Assembly (NCBI GenBank): GCA_013265495.1
Contig: MU058844.1
Coordinates: forward strand, 8,431,260 to 8,495,259
Reading direction: 5' to 3'
Length of the DNA: 64,000 nucleotides
DNA from: Vicugna vicugna
Lineage: Eukaryota
Position 1 is the first letter of the stretch; each line of letters starts with the position of its first letter. Below are positions 26,581 through 39,700 of the stretch, piece after piece. A program made the translations under genes and the position numbers. The notes under the pieces are model-generated. The model was given only the letters and a program-made list of their open reading frames with translations. It did no database searches and was not told the DNA's origin.

Positions 26581-28809
26581 CTTAAAACATGAGAAGGAAA
26601 AATAAATTTTGGAAATTAAACAGAAGGTTAAAAAATATTTCAGGTGAAGATTCTAAATGTTCATTAGAATACACAGAGCTTTTAAAATGATGAAGTTCTA
26701 CCTAGAAAGTGTTGTTTGCTTTCTGTTTTCATAATAGTTATTTCCTTTAAAATAAGCAAAATGATTGTGATCTTTTATCAAAAGTAACATACTTTTGAAT
26801 TGATTTTCTAGTGTTTTTGGTTACTTATCCATTTGAATTTTCTCTAGTCTTTTTTACAACTAGAATTTGCTTAACAACTACTCAAAATAAAGGTTGGACC
26901 AATCCAATGCAGTATGCATTACTAGGACAAACATTAATATCTTACTAGTCAAATTTTAAAATTCACTTCACAAATTACCCATCGAAACTTATAAAAAACT
27001 AACTGTTGCAAAGTTGGCATTTCTACTCCAACATCAAAGAAGATTATTCATGCACTGTATCAAATATGGCAATATTAAATTCAATTAAAATTTTTTGTTC
27101 CAAATTTTTTAACATGAATTTTATGTAAAAATTCTATGAAATGTTTCTCCTAATTACCCAAAGCCTAACCTAAATGGATATATATACAGATTGGGTACCC
27201 AGGCATATACTCCCAGAATCTTGATCAATACACCAAGTTTGTTTTAATTCTTCAGTTCCTTAATTTCCTCATCAGTAAAATGAGGCTAATAATAATATCT
27301 CACTTCAATGGATTGTTGCAAGACTTTAGTAAGTCAATACTAGTAAATGACTTAGTATAACCTGTGGCATTCAATAAAGGTCAGTAAATGTTTTCTATTT
27401 TTATCATCATCATGTTATTATAAATTCAAAATAATAGACATTAAGTTGTGAATCAAGTATATTTTTATAACCATCTTTAGAACAGATACAATTGTTTCAT
27501 TTCAGTTAGTTTACCGACAAGTTATTTTAGCCCATATAATTTAGTCTGCAGGCAGGGCTGAAGTTGAACCTTTCTAAAGGAAAAACTGTACCTGTAAGTT
27601 ATTTTGACCTGACAGAACATGCAGTTGCTTCAACCACCATTCTCTTCAAAGCAGTTTCTGGAGTGTTGTACAACTGTTTTGCTTTTCTCAATGATTAGAC
27701 AGTTTGGGTAGGTTTTATTTAGATGTTAGGATGTTATAAATAAAATGCAATTCAGACAGGAAGGGTTCATTGCTAATTAAGGGTAAATGACAGAGGTATG
27801 ACTCTCTGTCTTTAAGCTTTGCTTAATTCTCCCTAAAGATAACACAAGAATTTAATCTCATCCTTTAGTGTATTCATTACACAAGATTAGTTAATAATAT
27901 CAGTAGGTGGCAAACAAAAATATGCAATCAGTATATCATCCTAACAGTAAAATACTTAAGTACTGCGTGTGCACTGCAGGGTTGTAACAAGGGAGGGCAT
28001 GGGGAATATTGGTTAATTCTGGTTGTTAAAATTGCTAATTCACTAAAGACCCATGCAACAATCTTCTAGCATATCTTTCATTAGAAGGGTTCTTATAGAA
28101 GTTTCGATATAGTTTTGATTATATACTTTCCAGAAGACTTTGAAAAATAAATATATGATAATAAGCACTAAAAACATGTACTTTTTGAAGTCAGGTTTAA
28201 AGTAATTGGGGTTATTTAATCCTAACAGAAAGTTAAGTTATAACTTACTGATTTCATATACAGGAAAACCTGATGAAGATTACAAAGTTTCCCATAATTA
28301 ATGAAATCCAAAAATATCTGGGAAAAAGGAAAACTCTCCATTCTAAAATGACCAAATAACAAAACACTGGTTAGCTACCAAACAAGGATTTAAATTTATA
28401 AAGAATTCTGGTATCTTTTGCTTACTCGTTCTTTAGGGAAGAATTTTTGAAAAATTTAACAAGAGTAGACTATTTTAACTTCAAAGGCTACCAATCACAT
28501 AAACTGCATAATGAAAACTTAGCTGACTAGCTTTTGTATTAGTACATCTGTCTGATTTAGGCTTAAAAATGAGTGGAGGGCACTCCATTCTGGAAAACCG
28601 TAATTGTCAAACTGTCTGATTTTGTACTCCTGTCACATTTTAATAGCTGTGGAAATCATAAAAGCCTGAATCTAGCTTTGTTTTCTTGGTCCTTTTCATT
28701 AATGTAATCAAATAAGATATGCAGGTTAAGTAAACTATTAAAATTTAATTCTATGTCTTAGAACTTTATATAAATTAAATCAAATTAAGGAATTCAAAAA
28801 TAAAATCAC

Positions 28810-29409
28810 CTCCAGATCTTTAATAATATCATGTAGTTCTGAATCAGCAGTGATAAAAGATGTTAAAGGTGAATATATATTTGATTCATTTGACTTTGAT
28901 ATCATTTTTCTTCTCTTTTTATTTGCTTCAGACATTTTTCTCTTGGGTATTTGGCATGAAGAAGCAGGTTCTATGGCATTAATAGGCAAAAGGTCTCTGA
29001 GAGAAAAAGTATTTTCAAAACACAAATTTTCTTCTTGATGTGAATAAACGTGTAGGTTTTCCATCTGTCTCTTGATGTTGGAAATTACAGAGCCTGAAAA
29101 ATCTGGCAAAAAATCTGAGGTAGACAGCTTTTCTTGATTTGTAGTACTGTTGTTACATACTCCTTCAATATCTGCTTTGCATTTAATTTCATCTTGCACT
29201 TTCCTTTCTTCTGCCATTTGTAATGCCACTTCATTGACATCTAATTTTGACCTCCTATGATAAACTTTCCAATGTTTCTTCAACTTCTTGTTTCTCTCCT
29301 CAGCTCCGTGAGTATTGGTATTTGAGGAATCGATTCCATAAACATTTAACTTATATTTCAAGGACAAAAAGGAGCTCAGGTAGCCTTTTCCAGAACCGAG
29401 GTCAATTAT
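28810..29409 (-). CDS. METTL25: METTL25 coding exon 4 (SAM-binding motif I)
   Basis: tttag|ATAATT...CTGGAG|gtgatt; 600 nt, phase 0-0. Starts IIDLGSGKGYLSSFLSLKY (class I methyltransferase DxGxGxG motif) and ends ...HDIIKDLE. Overlaps ORF 28780..29367. Confidence 0.95.
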
Positions 29410-29599
29410 CTAAAGAAAACCAGAATGAATTAAAAAAATTTTAGTCAGATGGCAATAGCATTCTCAATTTTTTTTAAACAAGTAAACAAAGGGTTGCATA
29501 ATTTTTGCAACCTGTTGTGCTTTCTAAAAATTTTTTGATTCCTACTAAAACCCAACAACTCTCATAATTTTTATTCACTATTTTAAAGAAATTCTAAGC

Positions 29600-31000
29600 A
29601 GTATAATAATAAGTTGAGGAAAAGACATAAAATACATAAATACGGGAAATAAACTGCCTTTCTTCATAGACAGCATGACTGTATCTGCATAAAATTCTGA
29701 GAATTTACAAAAAAGTTAACAGAACTAGTAAGTGAACATAGCAATGTGCCAAGATACAGAATCACTAGCAATTAATAATGAACCATCAGAACATATACAA
29801 TATGGTAAAGAACCAATAGAAAATAAAATTTAAAACCAACTGAATTAAAATAGCATTAAATAGAAATCTAGGAATAAATTTAACAAAGATTATGTAAGAC
29901 CTATAAACTGAAAACTATAAAACACTGCACAGAAAAAATTTGAAAGAACTAAATAAAATATAGTATGCTCATGAAACAGCAGACTCAATATTAAGACGGC
30001 AATTCTCCCAAATTGACATACAGATTCAATGCAAGCCTAATCAAAACCCCAGCAGGGCTTTTTAAAGAAATTGACAAGCAGATATTACAATTTATATGAG
30101 AAGGCAAAGTACCTAGAATAACCAAAATAATTTTGAAAAGAAAAAGTTTGAAGATTTACACTTATTCAATAACCAATATAAAACCAAAGTAATCAAACAC
30201 CATAAAGATGGTATAAAAATAGACACAAAAATCAGTGGAATAAACAGAGTCCAGAAATAGAATATATAAAGAACTCTAACAACTCAATAATAAGACAAGC
30301 AAGCAACTAAAAAATGGGCAAAACACTGGAACACACACTTCACAAAACAAGATATACAAATGGCCGATATGAAAATATGCCCAACATCATTATGCTTCAG
30401 GGAATCGCAAACTAAAATCAAAATGAGATATACACAAATATAAAGTAGTACAGTCACTTTGGAAAATATCAGCAGTTTACCACAGAGTTAAAACATATAC
30501 TTACACTAGATGATCTACAAATCCCACTTTGGGCTATTTACCAAAGAGAAATGAATATGTGTCTACACAGTCTTCTATGTGAATATTCACAGCAGCCAAA
30601 AGAAATGGTAACAACTCAAATGTCCATCAACTAATGAATGGAGAAACAAACTGTGGTATATCCATTCTATAGCATATTACCCCCAAAAACGTGGAACAAA
30701 GAGTAAATGCACACAGCAATGATGACTCTCAAAAGCTATGTGCTAAAGTCAAGTCAAACACAAAAATGTACATACTATTTGATTCCATTTTTACAAGTTT
30801 CTAGAAAAGTCAAAACCACAAGCAGAGCAGTGGTTCCCTAAGAACAGAGGAGGAAATATCTTGCAAAAGGGTATGAGGAAACTTTTTATGGTGACAAATA
30901 TTTTTATTACAGTGGTTAAACAACTGCATACAAGTACCAAGTTTATCAAAGTGTACACCTAGAACTGGTGAATATGTAAATTATACCTCAATAAAACTAA
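29600..31000 (+). mobile_element. Old L1 (L1M-type) ORF2/3' UTR remnant
   Basis: A-rich, with ctaggaataaatttaacaaaga, aactataaaacactg, agattcaatgcaa, aaatgggcaaaa, aaatgtccatcaac and 3' end tgtaaattatacctcaataaa. No intact ORF. Confidence 0.85.
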
Positions 31001-32339
31001 GAATGATACAAGAAATATGAAAGTACCAAGACTGTTACTCTATTACCATGTCATTTCATAAGAAATAAATGGACAATTACAGAAATCCTATCATAAGAAA
31101 CCACTATCTAATCTCATTATACCTATCTTTAATTCCTAAAATCAATTAAACCCTAACATAAGTATGAGCTGCTCCAGGAAAATCTCCTATATTTGAAATA
31201 ATGCATATCATCAAATCCTCAAAAATTTCAAAACTGCAATTCAAGTAGTTCATAGGTGAGACTCCAGTAAATGATGTCTCCTAAATAAGTGTCTAGTTTA
31301 CAAATAATTTCCTATGCCCCCTCCTTTTTTTTTAATGTCTAATACGTAGGCTAGGTATTATACATCTTGATTTTAAGGAACTACAATCTAACGAAAGTTA
31401 CCACACCCATACTCAAGAATATAAGGACTATACAGCAGAAACTCTGTTAATCAATTTCCTCATATCTGAATCTCCAGAGAAAGCAAAGCTCTCTATCCCT
31501 TTTCTTCTACAAAACACATTCACTGATGCCAACGACAGGCTTAATGCTGGCGACCAGCGGGATGCTTGTAAGCACCAGCACATTTGTTCCCACCAATACC
31601 GATGTCTTCTTACCAAGAGGTAATTGATTTGTTCCCAGATCTGTTTGTAAAAATTCCACTTGTGAATCAGGAAAATTCTGGCTGCAAGTAACGGAACATC
31701 AAGTTTCAAACAATGAAGAAAATTCATCTCACTTAAGAAATCTGGCAGTAGAGTGGCTGAATCATTCAGAGGCTCAACCACATACGGCCACTGGACCAGC
31801 TTATTTATAAATCCTCTGGTAGCAAGATGGCTGTGAAAACTCTAAGAATCATGTCTTCACAATATAGTATCTAAAAACCTTTCTGGTAATAGGCACACTT
31901 TCTTAGAAAATCTATCAGTTGACTTTTTTCTTATTGACCCAAATTGATTTTTATCCCTCTCCAAATTGACCTTTTCAGTAACACATACAGTTTTAGCTAT
32001 AGAATGAGAAACTGCAATTAAAGGTTATATAATCATACACATTTTTTACCTTCAAACTATCTGATCTGAATGGTAAAATCTCCACTATCCCGATCTCTTA
32101 CCCCTTGCTCACAACAGTCTTCTTTCTTTCCTGGATCATCTTACAGGTTTTTCTAAGATAAAGGAGCCTCCAGTCTAATACCTGGTGAGAGGTATCTTCT
32201 AGTCTCCTAATTCCACTGAGAAGACTTTCTCAGAAACAATGCTACAGATACTGGTTATATTTCCTTAATAATATTAGTGTGGTACTGTATTTCAGATAGA
32301 AAAGCTGTATTTTGTAGACTGACCTAGAGATCTAAGTAC

Positions 32340-33545
32340 CCCTTGAGGCTAATCACTTTCAAGTTTGTAACTCCAGTATGGAATTCTAACATGAGCTTCA
32401 TACTCACATATGTAACAGTGTACCTAACATTCCCACTTGAATATCTAATAAGGATCTCATTTAACATGTTCAAAACTAAGTTCTTGATAGTCTCTGTAAG
32501 ACTTGCCCCTCCCATAATCTTTTCCATCATAGTTAATAATATTTCCATCATTCCAGGTGGAGAAGAGGACTATTTTCTTTCTCTCACACCCTCCATCTGA
32601 TTTGCGAGCAAATCCATAGTCTTACCAAGGATATTTCATACCAACTGCAGTCTAAGCCTGGGCTATTACAACAGCCACCTCAGTGATCTCCTTGCTCCCA
32701 CCTTTTCCACCTTGAGTCTGTTCTCAGGAGAGCAAAAACAGTCTGATCATACCACCCCTCTTAGTAAAATCTCATCACTTCCCTAATCTCATCTCCCAAT
32801 ACTAACCTCCTTTGTTATTGAGATTTTTGCCTCAACTCTGAAAGCACATGCTCAGGTAGGAGCTAATTTCTAAAAAGAACCAGCCTGAATGTCTACAAAG
32901 GCTATGGTGAAGAGTGCAATATAATGGAAATATTTGCTTCACAACACTCCTCAACACAGTTGTCAGGGTGATCCAGTGGTTCCAACGGTGCCCCATTCTC
33001 ACTCAGGGTAAAAGCCCAAATCATCACAATGGTTTCTGTACCTTCATGACTTGCTTCTACCAGCCCAACCTCAGCTCCTACTACTGTGCCCTTGCTGTCA
33101 CCACTGGAGTTAATTGGCTTCTTGGCCATTTCAAGAATACACCAAGTGTATTCCCACTTTAGGGCCACTGAACCTGTTATTCCCTCTATGTAAAAAGTTT
33201 TTTCATCCAGATAGTCTCATAGATAACTCCCTTATGTCTTAACTCAAATGGTTACCTTTACAATGAGGTATTACTTGCCCCTCCCTTCCTAATTGAAAGC
33301 TTTAATCTTGCATCCCTGATTTAGCTACTTCCTTTTCATTTATTTTTTTCTCTTTAAAGTGTATCAATGTATACAATAAAATATACTCATAATGGTTTTA
33401 TTATCTCTCTCTCCTTATTAGAATATAAGTGCCATGAGCACAGAGATAGGCTTTGCTTTATTCACTCCTGTATCCTCAGCATCTGTAACAGCACTTGACA
33501 CATGGCAGGAGCTTAAAAAGTACTTTATAAGTGAATGCATGCATG
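32340..33545 (+). mobile_element. L2 LINE remnant
   Basis: ctcatttaacatgttcaaaact...ccatct...gcaaatcc and 3' end tagaatataagtgccatgagcacagaga...gcacttgacacatggcaggagct. Confidence 0.7.
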
Positions 33546-33793
33546 CAGGTATGAAGGAAGGAGCATATTTTAGAAATAAAAATTAAGAAGTAAGAAGACT
33601 TGGTAATGTGACTAACAGAGGCAAAGTTTTTGCCATGTAGGGAGCAATATGGTTGAGGCTAAAATGAATTTTTTTTTTCCTTCTCTAGTTGTCTATGTCA
33701 CTAGTTAAGATTGCAGAGTCTGGGTTTCCAACTATCTCCATGAAATCTATATTTACTAAATTTGAATTTTTAAATTAAAAATAGTAATATATA

Positions 33794-34016
33794 GGGGGGT
33801 GGGAAGGGACAGACTGGGATTTCAAAATGTAGATTAGATAAACAAGATTATACTGTATAGCACAGGGAAATATATACAAGATCTTGTGGTAGCTCACAGC
33901 AAAAAAAAAATGTGACAATGAATATATGTATGTTCATGTACAACTGAAAAATTGTGTTCTACACTGGAATTTGACACAACATTGTAAAATGACTATAACT
34001 CAATAAAAAAAGTTAA
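33794..34016 (+). mobile_element. Young 5'-truncated L1 3' UTR with TSD
   Basis: G-rich start, tatactgtatagcacagggaaatatatacaa, AATAAA and A tail. 17-bp TSD aaaaatagtaatatata (33777-33793) / aaaaacagtaatatata (34017-34033) with one mismatch. Confidence 0.9.
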
Positions 34017-36006
34017 AAAAACAGTAATATATAATACATTTTAAACTTAACTATTTTAAGAATCAAATATTGCTATTAAGTAATTTCAAGAGAAAGACCC
34101 TGTAAGTCTTTATTTCAGGTTATTTCACTCACTAGAAACAATCTTCATTACTATGAAAAAAGTTCCTTTAGAGCAGGTCTAATATCAACATTATGCTATT
34201 ATAAATTTTTTTCTCTGCACTTTAGAAATAAAATAAATCTGCCTTATTAATTTAAGGCTATTGATGATATAATATTTCATATAAATAAAAGAATAAATGT
34301 AGTCAAAATGTAAAGTTATGAAGCATAACAATAAACACCCCTTTCAGATTTGAACATAAGTGATTTATCTGGGAGTGAAAAAAACACCTGATAGGGAAAT
34401 AGAGAAGAGAAGGAAGACACAGAAATAAAAGGCCCAATAAAAGGTGTGTTCTGAAGCAAAATACCACTTTAGGACAACCTGGATTTAATTGTACTGGGAA
34501 ACTCTAAGAGCTAGTGCAGAACGTATACCTCAGAATCATCCCACCTGGAAAGTCCAGGAGTTGATGTATTTATCAGCTTCTATCAGTCATTGATTCAAGG
34601 ACACTCACAGGGAGGAACTAATCTCCAGAACCGGTATGCAGGCAGTACCTTGCTTCAGCAGCCAGAGAAAACCCACAGGGAAAGAAATGTAGGAAGTGCC
34701 AGGTAGAAAGCAGGCTGGCACACCGTGAAATGGTAAAGCCTGAGTGTGTTTGGATAAAGCATCCAGGAGCATCTGTGGTACCCATGAACCTACCAGCCGT
34801 CCTAAGAACTAGAATGTTAGTATTTCCACTGCATATAACAATGCTTTTTTTCCACATCCCATCCCCCTGTTTCTCCTACCAGAGGTAAGAACTATTCTCA
34901 AATTATTATTTATGATTTCCTTGCTTCTTTAGTAGTTTTTTGCATATTTTTTTGCATTAAGAACATATTATTTTGCTTAAGAGCTTTTTTTTTTAAAACG
35001 GTACCATAAACTATGTAATCTTCTGTAAATTGCTTATTCTTCCCATTCAGTTTTATGTTTCTAATATTCATCCATGTGTTATGTATGGCAACAGTTTGTT
35101 AAGTTTTACTATGTACTAGCCCCTTCTACTCCAGCTGAGAGTCACTGCCGTAGTGAGCCTGTTGCTGATTCTGATAGGTGCTACCTACGTGTAATGTACT
35201 GGAGAAAAGGTTGAAAATCACTGCCTTAGCTCTTGTCTCTGGTCTCTGCCCTACAGACCTGTGTTGCCATAAGTGGCTCTGCATGCCTGGCCCAGGCTGT
35301 GATAGTTTTCTAGTCACCCTCAAACTCTCCATAGGTCTGGAAGAATCGATGGAAAAGATTCTAACACCTAATAAAAACTGAAGAAGGGAAAATCCCCTAT
35401 TACCCCCATAGATGTTCTTATAGGCATAAGAAAAATAACTTACTATTTTTATAGGCTAATGTAGGCAATCACTGATTTTACTTTAACATCTGTTTTTAGA
35501 CATTACTACCTTTCACAAAAGCTATTTTTCACAACAGGAATGCATTATAATTCTGACACTGTGAAAGAATCCAAGCGCTAAAACACAGTTTCTTTGTGTT
35601 ACTATGATGAGGCAGGTGCCCCAGATTACAGCTTGGTAACCCAGGTCCTTGAGAACACCTAGTAGCAAATAATTTTGCAGAATGTCATATTCATAATGCT
35701 GGCTCGAGTTGGAGTTACAACATATCAAAGAGAATTACCATTAACTTCTATCCAATCTCAAAAGAGTGAAATTTATGGCAAAACATTGATAGTCATATCT
35801 TATTTTTAGTATGTATTTGTTATAACTACAGTGTATTGGGAAATGAGAGTGTACATTTAAAGAATCAGATATGATGTGACCTATCTCACATCAGCTATTA
35901 CTTAATGGCATTTAAAGGCTAGACAGTGATAGTAGAAAAGGAAATTTAATGATACCAAAAAATAGCAATAATTTTAACACCTAAAAACACAGGGCAATGC
36001 TCTTAC

Positions 36007-36113
36007 CTGCTTTATTCCGCAGTAATCAGCAATACTGCTGATGAGCTCTGACATTGCCTGAACTTCATGAGATTTTTTCAAATTCATAAACTCATCTGGC
36101 TTCATGTTTTCAT
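36007..36113 (-). CDS. METTL25: METTL25 coding exon 3
   Basis: gttcag|ATGAA...AAGCAG|gtaaga; 107 nt, phase 1-0; (D)ENMKPDEFMNLKKSHEVQAMSELISSIADYCGIKQ. Confidence 0.95.
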
Positions 36114-36561
36114 CTGAACAAAAATAAAACAAAATACTGCCATTAAAGAAACAAAATTTAGCAAGAATCATCAGCTGATGTTCATGTTTTCTATAATTAA
36201 ATATGAAAATAATATAGAGCTCCTATTGTGGTGTCTCTATGATAGATCTCTATAGTTCAGCTGTTATGAATCAAATTTGCATTGATAAAATAAGATGACC
36301 CACAGAACATTATTAAAAATGTTCCTTGACACAGAAAACAATTAACTATAAAGAAGAAGACTGATAACTAGACTACAATGTAGGAAAAACGTGGAGATCT
36401 CTGACTAAGTTGTCCTGTTTAACATGATGCATGAGAAAATCTACTCGTTTAGCACAAGTAGTCTACCAGGGCTCATGATACAAGGTCTAACAGCAAACTA
36501 AGGCCATGTTGGAAATACATACATATATGACCAATATATTGCTTCTAAATGCCTAAAAAAC

Positions 36562-36585
36562 ATACACACACACACACAAACACAC
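36562..36585. repeat. (CA)n repeat abutting the METTL25 exon 2 donor
   Basis: atacacacacacacacaaacacac immediately before ttac|c. Confidence 0.85.
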
Positions 36586-36589
36586 TTAC

Positions 36590-36754
36590 CGGTTTTCTGT
36601 TTTTGATTTCCTTGAAGGGCTACAAGCAACTGTTCAAAAGGAGTACATATTCCCAAGTTTTGTATAGAATAATATTTCGCAGCCAGAGCAAAGGCTTCCA
36701 CATTCACCAGCTTCTGGGAAGTTTCACAAAATATTTTTGGAAAATCAGTAATAC
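36590..36754 (-). CDS. METTL25: METTL25 coding exon 2
   Basis: ttttag|GTATT...ACCG|gtaagt; 165 nt, phase 1-1; (G)ITDFPKIFCETSQKLVNVEAFALAAKYYSIQNLGICTPFEQLLVALQGNQKQKT, in frame with exon 1. Confidence 0.95.
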
Positions 36755-39700
36755 CTAAAAAAATCAGGATAAAAAAAGGAATATTAGCAATAATTGAATA
36801 ATTAATAGTTAATCTGAGATTAAAGAAAACAAGAAATGAAAAACACCAATCTTGATAACAAATTATAACTTTTTCATTTTGGTGTGAATTTTGGCAATAT
36901 CATTAATGGTTCCATTATGTTTGTTATTTAAACTATTAGCTATCTGTAACTCTTAGTTTTCCCCTAATGCGCTAGACAATTACACACTTAGATTCCAAAT
37001 TAAAATTTGGCCTTGTTCTTCTTGTTGTTTCAAGCCAAAAGAAAAGAAAAAAGTTTAAAATGTTTTAAACTGTAATGTGGTCATTAAATTTATGAATGGC
37101 CCTACCTGATGGACAACTGTGAATTCAAAGGAGTTCAGTCCAGGCAATACTCTTACTCCCTGTCCACACTTCATGTAGGACAATGGCAATATCCCCAGTG
37201 AAATAAATGTTATTGTATCTATGTGTTCAGGCACTGCCAGCACGAATTCTAAAACAAATCAGGACATGATTAGGTGAAAACAGTTCATTTTCTTCCCATG
37301 GTCAGTTTTAAACCATTGTCTAAGTTTCATGTAGAAACTATCAACAGTGGCCGAACACTCACTCACTTAGAAGAGTACAGTGAACTGTCACACTGTCCAT
37401 AACAGCCAGTGTCCCTCTCTGGACACATCCTGTTGAATGCAGATGGGACTACATCTCACCAAGGTGAACTATGCCATTTTCAGGCAGAAGTTTTAAGAAT
37501 ATCAAAAGATTCATTACACTTTTTTTCCCCAGAACTATAATCGTTGAAGCATGTTTTAGGATGGAAACTGCCTCAGCCTGATTCCCCACATTGACAACAA
37601 CAAAGACATCGCTGCTGTCAAATTACAATGACCAGCAACATACATGACAAGGTAACTTCATTGTTCTTAGTTGCTGAGTTTTTAGGCTTATTACTCCAGC
37701 ATAATCTTGCCTATTCTAATGGATACACAACAGTATAGATTTGCTTTTTATTTGTTCAATTTCATTTTACTATAGCCATTTTTAATGCATGTTAATTCAT
37801 GAAGGTCAAAAAAAGGCATTCCAATTTGTATGTAAGGGTTCAAAGGAACTTTGGATGAAGAAGTCCAATTGAGTCCACTTACTGAAAATTACGTTTAATA
37901 ATTAAAAGCCCCTATATATTCTATGGCAAATAAAGTACTTAAAATGTACCCCTTACAAAAGCATGATGCCAATCAGGAAACAACTTTTGTTCTGCCAGAA
38001 AAACAATACCATATGCTATGAAGTCTATTCTTGCAGAGCTGATCCTCCAAAGAAACTTATGAAATTATAAAAACCTACTTAAACACACATGTATCTTTTT
38101 AAAGCTAGTATCTATTAAGTTGATGGTACTAATATTCACAAATTAATTTATGAGAATAAAATAAGAGATGCATAACTTCCATTTCTGAATCAATTAAACA
38201 GAAATTTAAATTACAAGAATACTATAGTGAATTCATTTAAAATACATTTTGTCTATTATAGAGAGTTCTTTGGACACTTTGCAAACTGAATTTACTAATG
38301 CAGCCAAAAGTAATAAAATCCACATCAAAATATTTAGGCATGATACAGAGGGGGAAACTCAGTCAACTATTAAGTGAGACTCTCAAGTTTAAGGGCAGTC
38401 TCAACATCCCCAAGTTCCAGGGCAGCAATTTCTTAGAGTGTGATAGAGTAAGAGTATTAAATCTCAAAGTGCAGAGGGACTATTATAATAGTCAGTTATT
38501 GGACAATGTTGCCAACAGAAAGAAATGTGATGTTTCTGTTGGAAAAGCAAAGGTTCAAATCAATTTTAGTATCCTACTGAAAATACTTGAAAAAAGTCCA
38601 ATCCAAGCTGAATTAAATGTTGTTAATTTGTTTTTAATTACAGGCCTTCTAGTAATTTCAGAAAGAGTCTAAATTGCAAAGATACTATCTTTTGAACAAC
38701 GCCCACTTTTATAAAATGGATAGTGTTCTGATTCAGTCCATTAGTTTATGCCATTTAGGGCTATGTCAGTCTATTCAGATAGTCTAGAAATCTGTGAAAA
38801 AAATCTTTTTGAATTATGAAAATATAGCTTCTGTACTTTCTTTGTTTTCAAATGATCCAGACTGTAACTGTCATTACTTGCGATTTTTAGAGATTCAGAG
38901 AGACAGAGAGAGGTGTCAACGATTTTGTCTTTACTTCTATCCCTGAAACAGAATGTGAGAAAAGCTACCTGGCAATGGTAATGGTGCATATAGTCCTCCA
39001 ATGCATCCCTAGGTACTTGCATATCAAGTTTGGGTTTGGCAAATAGCAAAACAGAAACCACAGCATCACCCAACTTATCATTTAGTTAATTCTTAGTTAG
39101 TCAGATTTTTTTTACACAGGGAAGGCTTTGTTTTTAAATCTGATGCCCATTTCACCTGTATATTATGTGACTTGATTATTTTGCCAACAACTCCCTCTAC
39201 TGGAAGTACCAGTGCTGCTTTCTTACATGTTTTGTCTTTATTTACTCTTATTTTTTGTACACCCTACGCTCTCCATAGATGTTTCTTATAAGACAGATTA
39301 TCTGAGCATGAGGGAGTGAGGAGAGCAAAGAGGCAAGAGAGAAGTTATTTCTATAGATATGAGATCAGGATATTCCTGAGTATTCTTTTTTTCCTACAGC
39401 AGAGATCAACGTACAAGGGAAGACAGAAAAGTTATATATACACATTGAATTATAAAAATCCCAAACTAGAGAAATGAATAATAATGCTTCAAAGCTAAAG
39501 TAGAAACAATCAATGAATATATAATATTTACAGTAAATAAAAATAAAATTTTAAAACTAAATGTCTGGTATTTTACTTGAATATTATCTAGCACTTTAAG
39601 GAACATAAAGTACGGCAAGGATTCCCACTATCTCATCACTATTTCTGCTAACATTTATTGCACATATACTATGTGCCACGCAATGTGCTAAACAGTTTCC

